DNA of 64,000 nucleotides from Candidatus Multivoradales bacterium (GTDB lineage: Bacteria > Acidobacteriota > Thermoanaerobaculia > Multivoradales > J023), in NCBI GenBank assembly GCA_965248925.1, contig CBDFLE010000006.1, positions 3,072,001-3,136,000 on the forward strand. The letters are read 5' to 3'. Under the pieces are notes generated by a model that worked only from the letters and a program-made list of their open reading frames with translations, was not told where the DNA came from and ran no database searches. The number at the start of each line of letters is the position of its first letter. Position 1 is the first letter of the stretch. The translations under genes were made by a program, and so were the position numbers. Shown piece after piece: positions 40,105 through 47,874 of this stretch.

Positions 40105-42324
40105 TTGTCTGTCGAAGCATCGTATTTCTCTGCCACGACGTTGCCTGGGTCGGCCTCCCTGCGATCTCTTGTCGCCAGAGTGCGGAGATGCTCTGGGATG
40201 GCCGCATGTATTTGGGTGCTGATGCTGTGGCAGGTGGTGGTAGCTCCCGGCCGAGCCCAGGTGCTGAATGAGTTTGTCGCCAACCACACCGGCACCGACA
40301 GCCATGAGTTCGTCGAGGTGGCCGGCATGCCGAGCACCGATCTGTCGGCTCTGACGGTGGTGCAGATCGAGGGTGACTCAGGCAATAATCCAGGCAATCT
40401 CGATTCAGCGGAGACGGTTGGCAGCACTGATGCGGCGGGTATTTGGGTCGGCACTTTCAGCAACAATGTGCTGCACAATGGCACCATGACCTTGCTCTTG
40501 GTAGAGGGCTACAGCGGCACCCTCGGCAGTGACCTGGATAGTAACGACGATGGCGTGCTCGACCTGGTGCCATGGACCTCGGTGATTGATTCGGTGGGGG
40601 TCGGCGATGGCGAAGCTGGCGACCACAACTACCTGGCCGACACCGTTCTGCTAGCTAATTTCGATGGTGTTTCTTTCGTTCCCGGCGGTGCCTCGCGGAT
40701 CCCCAACGGCACCGATACAAATTCGGTCGCCGACTGGGCCCGCAACGACTTCAGCGGCGAGGGGCTGCCCGGTTTCAGTGGCTTCCTCGATCCAGGCGAA
40801 GCCCTCAACACTCCCGGGCTGATCAACTCCACCGCCCTGGCGCCGGGCAGCGCGCCGCGGCTCAATGAGCTGGTCGCCGATCATGTCGGGGCCGACACGG
40901 CGGAATACGTGGAGATCTTCGGCAGCCCGCTGGCCGACTATTCGTCCTTCTGGGCAGTGCTGCTCGATGCGGGCGGCACGGTCAGCAGTGCTCGCCAGTT
41001 GGGCACCACCACCGGCACCGGGCTGTGGGTTTCGGCGTTGACCGCTGGCGAGCTGCCCGATACCGCCATTAGCGTTCTACTGGTGGAGGACTGGACCGGC
41101 ACGGTGGGCAGCGACCTCGACAGCGGTGACGACGGCACCCTCGACAGCCAGCCGTGGAGCATGCTGCACGACAGTCTGTCGATCGACCATGGCCTGGCCG
41201 CTGAGCAGGTCTATGGGGCGACCGTGCTGGGAGCTGGTTGGGACGGCTTGCCGGGGGCGCCGGGCGGTGTTTCGCGCTATCCCACCGGCGTCGACACTGG
41301 CAGCCCGTCGGATTGGTTGCGCAACGACTTTGATGGCACCGGGCTACCGGGATTTCTGCAAGATATTCGGCGACCGACGCGGGCGGTAGATGGCGGTGAG
41401 GCCGAGAACACTCCTGGCCTGACCAATCTGGCGGCGGTGTTGAGCTACTACAGCAGCGCCAATCCGACCGATGCCGCCACCCTGCGCGCCTCCTTGCATG
41501 CCTTGATCGACGACCACGTTCGCCATCCTTACACCGCTGGCGATACCGACACTTGGGACATTCTCGAGCGAGCCGACCAAGACCCCCTCGACAGCGGGCG
41601 GATCTTGACCCTCTACAAGAACGCTCCCTATCCCAAGGCCGGAGGTGGCAATAGCGACTACAACCGTGAACACACTTGGCCGAGGACTTTCGGCTTTCCC
41701 GACAACACCGCCGACAGCTCCCCCTACACCGACACTCACCAACTGCGGCTGGCCGATATCGACTACAACTCCGACCGCGGCTCGCGGATTTTCGGCCTGT
41801 GTGATTTTGGTTGCATGGAAAACCCCAGTGACGTTTACAACGGCGAGGGTGGTGGCGTGGGCATGTATCCCGGCAACTCCAACTGGTTCACCGCCGCCGA
41901 TGGTGCCGGCGGGTTGTGGCAGACCTGGGGGCACCGTCGCGGCGATGTGGCGCGGACCATGCTCTATCTCGATGTGCGCTACGCCGGCGGTAGCCACGGC
42001 GCCACCGGCTTTGCCGAGCCCGACTTGGTGCTGACCGACAATGTCGCCCTGATCGTCGGCAGTGGCACCAACACCACCGGTACCGCCCATATGGGACTGC
42101 TGGCCACCTTACTCGCTTGGCATGCGGCGGATCCGGTGGATGCCGGCGAACGCCAGCGCAATGAGTGGGTCTATCGTTTCCAGGGCAACCGCAATCCCTT
42201 CGTCGACCATCCGGAGTGGGTGAGTTGCATCTTCGCCGGTGGGGTGTGCGAGGTCGGAGCGATCTTCGACAACGGTTTCGAAGCGGGCGACGCCGATGCA
42301 TGGACGGCGTCGTTGGGCCTGTAG
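40105..42324 (+). CDS. Secreted endonuclease I-family nuclease with two tandem lamin-tail-like domains
   Basis: Two ~190-aa repeats (LNE..A.H.G.D..E.VE), YNREHTWP, NSDRG, RGDVAR..LY..VRY, QGNRNPFVDHPE, C-terminal IFDNGFEAG. Start uncertain. Confidence 0.88.
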   Translation: MSVEASYFSATTLPGSASLRSLVARVRRCSGMAACIWVLMLWQVVVAPGRAQVLNEFVANHTGTDSHEFVEVAGMPSTDLSALTVVQIEGDSGNNPGNLDSAETVGSTDAAGIWVGTFSNNVLHNGTMTLLLVEGYSGTLGSDLDSNDDGVLDLVPWTSVIDSVGVGDGEAGDHNYLADTVLLANFDGVSFVPGGASRIPNGTDTNSVADWARNDFSGEGLPGFSGFLDPGEALNTPGLINSTALAPGSAPRLNELVADHVGADTAEYVEIFGSPLADYSSFWAVLLDAGGTVSSARQLGTTTGTGLWVSALTAGELPDTAISVLLVEDWTGTVGSDLDSGDDGTLDSQPWSMLHDSLSIDHGLAAEQVYGATVLGAGWDGLPGAPGGVSRYPTGVDTGSPSDWLRNDFDGTGLPGFLQDIRRPTRAVDGGEAENTPGLTNLAAVLSYYSSANPTDAATLRASLHALIDDHVRHPYTAGDTDTWDILERADQDPLDSGRILTLYKNAPYPKAGGGNSDYNREHTWPRTFGFPDNTADSSPYTDTHQLRLADIDYNSDRGSRIFGLCDFGCMENPSDVYNGEGGGVGMYPGNSNWFTAADGAGGLWQTWGHRRGDVARTMLYLDVRYAGGSHGATGFAEPDLVLTDNVALIVGSGTNTTGTAHMGLLATLLAWHAADPVDAGERQRNEWVYRFQGNRNPFVDHPEWVSCIFAGGVCEVGAIFDNGFEAGDADAWTASLGL

Positions 42325-42364
42325 CTGCTAGGGATGAATGCCCAAATCATGGAGGAGGGAACCG

Positions 42365-43552
42365 ATGAGCGAAAGAGAAAGCCAGTTTAGACCGCCGAAC
42401 CGGGTGCTGATGGGGCCGGGACCGAGTGAAGTTCCAGCATCGATCCGAGCCGCCTTGGCGTGGCCGACGATAGGTCATCTCGACCCCGAGTACCTGCGCT
42501 TGATGGACGAGATAGGCGACATGTTGCGCCGTCTCTTTCGCACCGACAACCGTCTTACCCTGGCCTTGCCCGGCACTGGTACTTGCGGCATGGAGGCTGC
42601 CGTAGCCAACTTGATCGAGCCTGGCGATCGCCTGTTGGTGGTAGTGGCGGGCTATTTTGGTGGTCGCCTGGCGGAGATCGGTGAACGCTGCGGCGGCCAG
42701 GTCGAACGTCTCGAAGTGGAGTGGGGCAGCACTGCCCGACCCGAGCAGGTGCAAGCCGCTCTAGCTGCCCATCCTGATACCAAAGTGGTGGCGATCGTCC
42801 ATGCTGAGACTTCCACCGGCGCCCACCAACCGCTGCAAGAGATCTCGACCCTGGTGCACGATGCTGGCGCTCTGCTGTTGGTCGATGCGGTCACGTCCCT
42901 GGGCGGGGTCGAGTTGCGAGTTGACGATTGGCGCATCGATGCTTGCTACAGCGGCACCCAGAAGTGCCTCTCCTGCCCGCCCGGTCTGTCGCCGATTACC
43001 TTTTCGCCGGCGGCGATGGAAGCTATCCAGAACCGCTCCAAGCCGGTGCAAAGCTGGTATTTGGACATGGGGTTGCTGGCTACCTACTGGGGCGAGCAGC
43101 GGGCCTATCACCACACCGGGCCGATCAACATGAGCTACGCCTTGCACGAGGCTTTGCGGGAGCTGCAGGAAGAAGGCCTCGAACAGCGCATCGCGCGCCA
43201 CTCCCTGCACCACGAGGCGCTGCGAGCCGGGCTCGAGGCCCTCGGTTTGCGCTATATCGCCGAACGTTCCCTGCCGATGCTCAATGCTGTCGCCGTCCCC
43301 GAAGGGGTGGACGACGCCGCCGTGCGCGGCCGTCTTTTGGGCGAGTATGGCATCGAGATCGGCGCCGGTTTGGGGCCGTTTGCCGGCCGCGCTTGGCGCA
43401 TCGGTCTGATGGGTGCTTCGTCGAGTCGGCGCCACGTGTTGCTGGTGTTGGCGGCCCTCGAAGCGATCCTCGCCGACCAGCCGGTCGACATTATCGGCGG
43501 AGCTGCCTTGGCGGCGGCGGGCGGAGTCTACGCCCAGAAAAGTCAGCGATGA
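42365..43552 (+). CDS. Alanine/serine-glyoxylate aminotransferase (class V PLP)
   Basis: LMGPGPS, HAETSTG, DAVTSLGG, SGTQKCL..PPG, YHHT. Confidence 0.93.
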   Translation: MSERESQFRPPNRVLMGPGPSEVPASIRAALAWPTIGHLDPEYLRLMDEIGDMLRRLFRTDNRLTLALPGTGTCGMEAAVANLIEPGDRLLVVVAGYFGGRLAEIGERCGGQVERLEVEWGSTARPEQVQAALAAHPDTKVVAIVHAETSTGAHQPLQEISTLVHDAGALLLVDAVTSLGGVELRVDDWRIDACYSGTQKCLSCPPGLSPITFSPAAMEAIQNRSKPVQSWYLDMGLLATYWGEQRAYHHTGPINMSYALHEALRELQEEGLEQRIARHSLHHEALRAGLEALGLRYIAERSLPMLNAVAVPEGVDDAAVRGRLLGEYGIEIGAGLGPFAGRAWRIGLMGASSSRRHVLLVLAALEAILADQPVDIIGGAALAAAGGVYAQKSQR

Positions 43553-43914
43553 ACTTCGAGCTGCGACTCAAGAGAGTTTATGACCGGGCAGCGGCGGAAG
43601 ACGGTTTCCGGATCCTGGTCGAGCGCTTGTGGCCGCGGGGGGTCAGCAAGGAAAAAGCGCGGCTCGACCTGTGGCTGCGCGACATCGCTCCGTCGCCCGA
43701 GCTGCGCCAGTGGTTTGCCCACGACAGCTCCAAGTGGGACCAGTTCCAGGTCCGCTATCGGGCTGAGTTGAGTTGCCGGCCAGCCTTGGTCGAGACCCTT
43801 GTCGAGCAGCTGAGTTCCGGCCCCGTCACCCTGGTCTACGCCGCTCACGGCGAGCAGACCAGTGCTCGGTTGCTGAAAGAGTACGTCGAAGCGTTGTTGA
43901 CTGTAGACGGCTAG
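43549..43914 (+). CDS. DUF488/YeaO family protein
   Basis: LKRVYD....DG.RILVERLWPRG.SKE, IAPS.ELR.WF.HD. Confidence 0.88.
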   Translation: MNFELRLKRVYDRAAAEDGFRILVERLWPRGVSKEKARLDLWLRDIAPSPELRQWFAHDSSKWDQFQVRYRAELSCRPALVETLVEQLSSGPVTLVYAAHGEQTSARLLKEYVEALLTVDG

Positions 43915-44087
43915 CTTTTTCGAAACGGGAAGCAACAAGCCAAACCTCAGTTTACTCTCAGAGGTCGATCGTCAAGATCTACTCCAGATGCTAACCAGCC
44001 GCCGCCGACAGGAATGGCGGCTTCAAGTGAGTTATTGGCTGGAGATGTTTTCGCAGGCTTTTCGTTACTGAACTGTCGTCGGGGTCT

Positions 44088-44486
44088 TTATCTTCGTAGA
44101 ACTTCAAGTGCGACGCCGAGACATCCTAGTACTAGCAGCGAGATCAATATCGCCCCAGGAACAATTGTGATCTTGGCTTCTAGTACCATTATTGACAATA
44201 GCGTGGAAAGGCTGGCGCCACCCACCGCGCCGCCAATGATCCCCATGGCTTTGTGAGTCTTCTTGTTGCGCGACTTTAGTTGTTCCGCCCCGTGTTCGAT
44301 GTGGGCCGGGGAGACGATGTCGAGGTCTTCCCGAACAGCAAGCAGGATGCTCTGTTGGGTTAGTTCGGTGCGGTACAGAATAGCTTTTTCGTCGAGCAGA
44401 TCTTGAGCGGCCTCGGTAAACGGCAGTTTCTTGCTTGGATCCAGAATCCGCAAGAGTTGTTTTGTGTTACGAGGGTTGTTGGGCAC
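44088..44486 (-). CDS. Putative histone-fold protein with two C-terminal transmembrane helices
   Basis: Helix1-loop-long helix2-loop-helix3 spacing matches archaeal HMf-type histones without gaps in a by-eye alignment; two hydrophobic segments follow. Confidence 0.6.
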   Translation of the reverse strand: MPNNPRNTKQLLRILDPSKKLPFTEAAQDLLDEKAILYRTELTQQSILLAVREDLDIVSPAHIEHGAEQLKSRNKKTHKAMGIIGGAVGGASLSTLLSIMVLEAKITIVPGAILISLLVLGCLGVALEVLRR

Positions 44487-44549
44487 GGGTCACCTTGGCC
44501 TTCTCTGAGTTGTTGAAATCTATAGCTTTAAGGTCATTGAGTCTCTAGG

Positions 44550-44780
44550 TCACTTGGTTCGTTGAGCTTCTGTGCGCCAGACGTCGTTGAGGTTTTGAGC
44601 AATATCGTCGTTCCCTCTGCGGAGCTTCCGGAGCCTCTCGGAGACTAATCTTTCGGCCGCATCGGCTGCATTCTTCCCATAGCCACCATGGCCCACCAGA
44701 GCTTCGAGAAACAGCTTGTTCATCAGCGTTGTGGAGATCGTAATCTGGACTGATGGGACTGTGTTCGCGGAACGCGGCAT
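44550..44780 (-). CDS. Small ribbon-helix-helix-like DNA-binding protein (ParD/CopG-like)
   Basis: Beta strand VQITIST, then helix, LV..G.YG, helix (AADAAERLV). Confidence 0.55.
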   Translation of the reverse strand: MPRSANTVPSVQITISTTLMNKLFLEALVGHGGYGKNAADAAERLVSERLRKLRRGNDDIAQNLNDVWRTEAQRTK

Positions 44781-44844
44781 AGCTTGACTCTGTTGCGGTC
44801 AATCGTGACCTTTTCAGGTGAATTGCCGAAGCGGCTTACTTTCT

Positions 44845-44880
44845 AATCTATTCTATTGTAATAAGAATGTCAATAGAATA
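44845..44880 (-). promoter_or_regulatory. Sigma70 promoter overlapped by a perfect 10-bp inverted repeat
   Basis: TTGACA (44873-44868)-N17-TAGATT (44850-44845); TATTCTATTG-N12-CAATAGAATA at 44849-44880. Confidence 0.75.
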
Positions 44881-44916
44881 CGTACGTGGAGATGTCGTAT
44901 GCGAAGAGGATTCAAG

Positions 44917-44930
44917 CACTACATATAGTG
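44917..44930. promoter_or_regulatory. NrdR-box-like palindrome
   Basis: CACTACATATAGTG fits the NrdR consensus (CaCwAtATaTwGtG); a weaker copy lies at 44975-44988. Confidence 0.45.
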
Positions 44931-45248
44931 GCTGTTCATAAGTTACGCTTTATTTGCGTGTGCACTTGAGGCGCCTAAATATCTTGGTGGCCAAGCACTC
45001 TGAATTCTCTCGCCAGCTGTTGGCAGTCGAGAGTAAGACGAAGCGACTCACGCTCAACGACTGCAAGGTTCATTGGGCTGTGGCCGCCGATTCATAGCAG
45101 CGGGCTCAGTGGCGCCTGTCCGAGGAAAGTCGGATAGTCCAACAGGGGCTTAGATGGGGAGTTGGCGGCCCGAGACATTGAGGGTGGGGGGCGTTGCTAG
45201 CTTCAGCGGCCACGCCAGCTTGCGATGAATTTCGCTTGCCTCAGGGGC

Positions 45249-45830
45249 TCACCCTCTTTGCCTGGGCCAGTTCTTGGCCATCCAAGATGGGTTCAGCCGC
45301 CAGCCGGTGGAGGGTTGCACGGCATCGCGGCGGGAGATTGCTGGCGGCAGCAGGTCGGCGGTGAACGGTGAGTGGTGGATCCAAGGTGGCCGCCAGCTCA
45401 GCCAACGTAGGTGGGTGATTCTGCTCAAGTCGGGGCTGTAGAGCAGGTCGAACGTCGCGCGGCCGAGGCGGTCGACTATGTTGGTGGCTTTGAGAGCCGC
45501 CTTTGCCGGGTGGTCGCTAAAGCGCGGCTTGGCCAACACCCACCATGGATCGTAGTGCCACAGTCGGCCAAGTTCGCCGGCCTGATCGCCGAGCGATCGC
45601 GGCTCGAGGCCGGCCGCGATCTGCAATCCCCACCAGTGCCGGGTTACCGCTCCCGGCCTGGCGGCAAGATCCAAGATCGCCGGCGAATGCGGCAGGATCA
45701 GCATGAAACGCTGCACCCGTCCGCTGGCGTCGAAGAAGGGAAAGACGCTGGTCTGCGAGTAGCTCCGCGAACCGATTCGCAGGGTTGTTCCGTGCAGGGA
45801 GCGGGCCGAGCAATGACGACGCTGAGTCAA
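45249..45830 (-). CDS. Hypothetical Trp/Arg-rich protein, third gene of the GntR-SPFH operon
   Basis: ATGA overlap with the SPFH stop; no family recognised. Confidence 0.6.
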   Translation of the reverse strand: MTQRRHCSARSLHGTTLRIGSRSYSQTSVFPFFDASGRVQRFMLILPHSPAILDLAARPGAVTRHWWGLQIAAGLEPRSLGDQAGELGRLWHYDPWWVLAKPRFSDHPAKAALKATNIVDRLGRATFDLLYSPDLSRITHLRWLSWRPPWIHHSPFTADLLPPAISRRDAVQPSTGWRLNPSWMAKNWPRQRG

Positions 45831-46690
45831 GGGTCGTCTCGGGGGGCTTCGAAGGCGGTCGCCGCGAGCCCGACAATGCCAGGATTCATCGACTCGACCA
45901 TCCCCGAGGGCACCACCATCAGCGCCCCGCGCTCTTTGATCGACTCGTAGGTCATGTTCATCGCCCGGATACGGAGAGCAGTTGGGTTTTGCCGATAAAC
46001 CTGCGACGCTTTGTCCATCTGTTCAGCCACCAGCAGCTCGGATTCGGCCAAGATGACCCGCGCTTCTTTCTCGCGATCGGCTTGAGCCTTGCGACTCATG
46101 GCGTCTTCGAGGCTGGCCGGAATGCGCACGTCGCGGATCTCCACCGACTGCACGGTGACTCCCCATTCCGAAGTCTTGGCGTCGATCAGCCGCTGTAGCT
46201 CTTCGTCGAGCCTTTGTCGGTCGGAGATCATCTCAACCAACTCGGCTTGGCCGATGATATCGCGCAAGGTGGTTTGGGCCGCCCAGCTGACGGTGGTGGC
46301 GTAGTGCTCGACTTCGAGCACCGCCCGTTGGGCGTCGGTCACCACCCAGAACAGCACCGCGTCCACATCCACTGGCACGGTGTCTTGAGTCAGGGTCTTC
46401 TCGGCCGAGAAGGAGTCGGCACGGATGCGCATGTCAACCCGTGAACTCAGCGTATCGAACAGCGGTAGCAGCCAGGAGATGCCGGGTTTCAAGACCCGCC
46501 GGAATCGGCCCAGGCGCAGCACCACGCCGCGCTGCCACTCATTGACTTGGCGGGGAGAGAGGGCCAGCAGCCCGCCGAGCAGCAGAATCTCTATCGGTGG
46601 CCGGTGCCAAAGCGCCACGAACCCCCCGGCCAGCGCCAGAGTGACGGCGATGATCAGCCCGCAGACTACATTCGAGCTACCTTTCAGCAT
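45827..46690 (-). CDS. SPFH/band 7 (stomatin/slipin) protein
   Basis: RGVVLRLG, LTQDTVPVDVDAV, AQTTLR..IG, WGV.V.SVEIRDV, AQA.RE.EAR. Confidence 0.93.
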   Translation of the reverse strand: MLKGSSNVVCGLIIAVTLALAGGFVALWHRPPIEILLLGGLLALSPRQVNEWQRGVVLRLGRFRRVLKPGISWLLPLFDTLSSRVDMRIRADSFSAEKTLTQDTVPVDVDAVLFWVVTDAQRAVLEVEHYATTVSWAAQTTLRDIIGQAELVEMISDRQRLDEELQRLIDAKTSEWGVTVQSVEIRDVRIPASLEDAMSRKAQADREKEARVILAESELLVAEQMDKASQVYRQNPTALRIRAMNMTYESIKERGALMVVPSGMVESMNPGIVGLAATAFEAPRDDP

Positions 46691-47084
46691 CAGCGATCTC
46701 CTTCCACAGGGTTTCGATCAAACGGCCGACTTCCCCGACTCGCAGGCCGGCGTCGCGGCTCAGTTCGACCAGGCGGCGAGCGCTGGCCGAAATTTCCTCG
46801 AGCCGCGCGGGCTCGACCACTTGCTCAGCACTGGCCGCGGTGACGAAGGTGCCGACGCCTCGTTCCAAGCGCAGCAGACCCTCGCGCTGCAGGTCGCGGT
46901 AGACCCGGGCCACCGTGTTGGCGTTGATCCCTAGCTCCACCGCCAAGCTGCGCACCGTTGGCAGAGCGGCCCCGGCAGCCAGCTGGCCACGGTGGATCCA
47001 CAGCCGTATCTGTTCTTCGAGCTGGATGTAGATCGGGATACCGCTACCGCGATCCACCGCAATAGGAATCTCAAGCGTCTGCAT
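46677..47084 (-). CDS. GntR family regulator, YtrA subfamily
   Basis: PIYIQL, LPTVR.LA.ELGINANTVARVY..L..EG....RG.GTFV; short C-terminal domain. Confidence 0.92.
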   Translation of the reverse strand: MQTLEIPIAVDRGSGIPIYIQLEEQIRLWIHRGQLAAGAALPTVRSLAVELGINANTVARVYRDLQREGLLRLERGVGTFVTAASAEQVVEPARLEEISASARRLVELSRDAGLRVGEVGRLIETLWKEIADAER

Positions 47085-47106
47085 GAGTCTCAGAGTATAG
47101 TGACCT

Positions 47107-47130
47107 AATGAACTAGTTAACTAGTTCATT
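47107..47130. promoter_or_regulatory. Perfect 24-bp palindromic operator (probably the GntR/YtrA site)
   Basis: AATGAACTAGTTAACTAGTTCATT, just upstream of the TATACT -10 (47094-47099, minus strand) of gntR. Confidence 0.75.
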
Positions 47131-47220
47131 TTTTGAAAAATGAACGCTCTTCACACCTCTTGATCCATATATTGCGAAGTTGCTATCGTTGGTCTACACC
47201 TAGTCGAGAGGGAGAGAGTC

Positions 47221-47874
47221 GTGGATCGCGAGGAAACTACCTCGGGGATCTCGCCAGTCGTTGTCCGGCCAGAGCCACCGCCCCTCGGTGAGCTGCGCGG
47301 AGAAGTCACCGGCATGCTGCGCGCTTGGCGAGCTGGTGATACCGCTGTCATGGATCGGTTGATGCCGGTGGTCTATGCCGAACTGCGCCGCTTGGCCGGT
47401 TTCTACATGCGGGCGGAGCGTGGTGGGCACACGCTACAGCCGACGGCGTTGATTCACGAGGCCTATCTGCGCTTGGTCGAGCAGCGCGGGCTGGACTGGC
47501 AGAGTCGTGCCCATTTTGTTGCCGTGGCAGCGACCATGATGCGTCGGGTGTTGCTCAATCATGCTCGCGCCCAACAGGCGGAGAAACGGGGTTCGGGAGA
47601 GCCGCTGCTACCCCTTGACGCGGTCGTCGAAACCCTCGGCTGGCAGCCGGCGGAGTTGATAACCCTCGACGATGCGATGGCTGATCTGACGCGCACTGCG
47701 CCACGGCTGGGCCAGATCGTCGAGTTGCGCTTGTTCGGTGGTTTCAGTGTTGTCGAATCAGCTCGTTACCTTGAAGTTTCCACTGCCACGGTCAAGCGTG
47801 ATTGGCGCTTGGCCAAGGCTTGGCTGCGGCGCCAGCTGAGTCGCGAGTCGGCAATAGAGGAGGCCACAGGGTGA
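47221..47874 (+). CDS. ECF sigma factor of the Ser/Thr-kinase-associated type
   Basis: VYAELRRLA...ERGGHTLQPTAL.HEAYLRL, WQSRAHF, TVKRDWRLAKAWL. Confidence 0.92.
   Translation: MDREETTSGISPVVVRPEPPPLGELRGEVTGMLRAWRAGDTAVMDRLMPVVYAELRRLAGFYMRAERGGHTLQPTALIHEAYLRLVEQRGLDWQSRAHFVAVAATMMRRVLLNHARAQQAEKRGSGEPLLPLDAVVETLGWQPAELITLDDAMADLTRTAPRLGQIVELRLFGGFSVVESARYLEVSTATVKRDWRLAKAWLRRQLSRESAIEEATG

Noticed and set aside
45122-45131. GAGGAAAGTC resembling the RNase P RNA 5' signature
   Set aside because: The next bases are GGATAG rather than CGGGC-like, and no 3' P4 partner (ACAGAA...GGCTTA) is recognisable at the expected distance.
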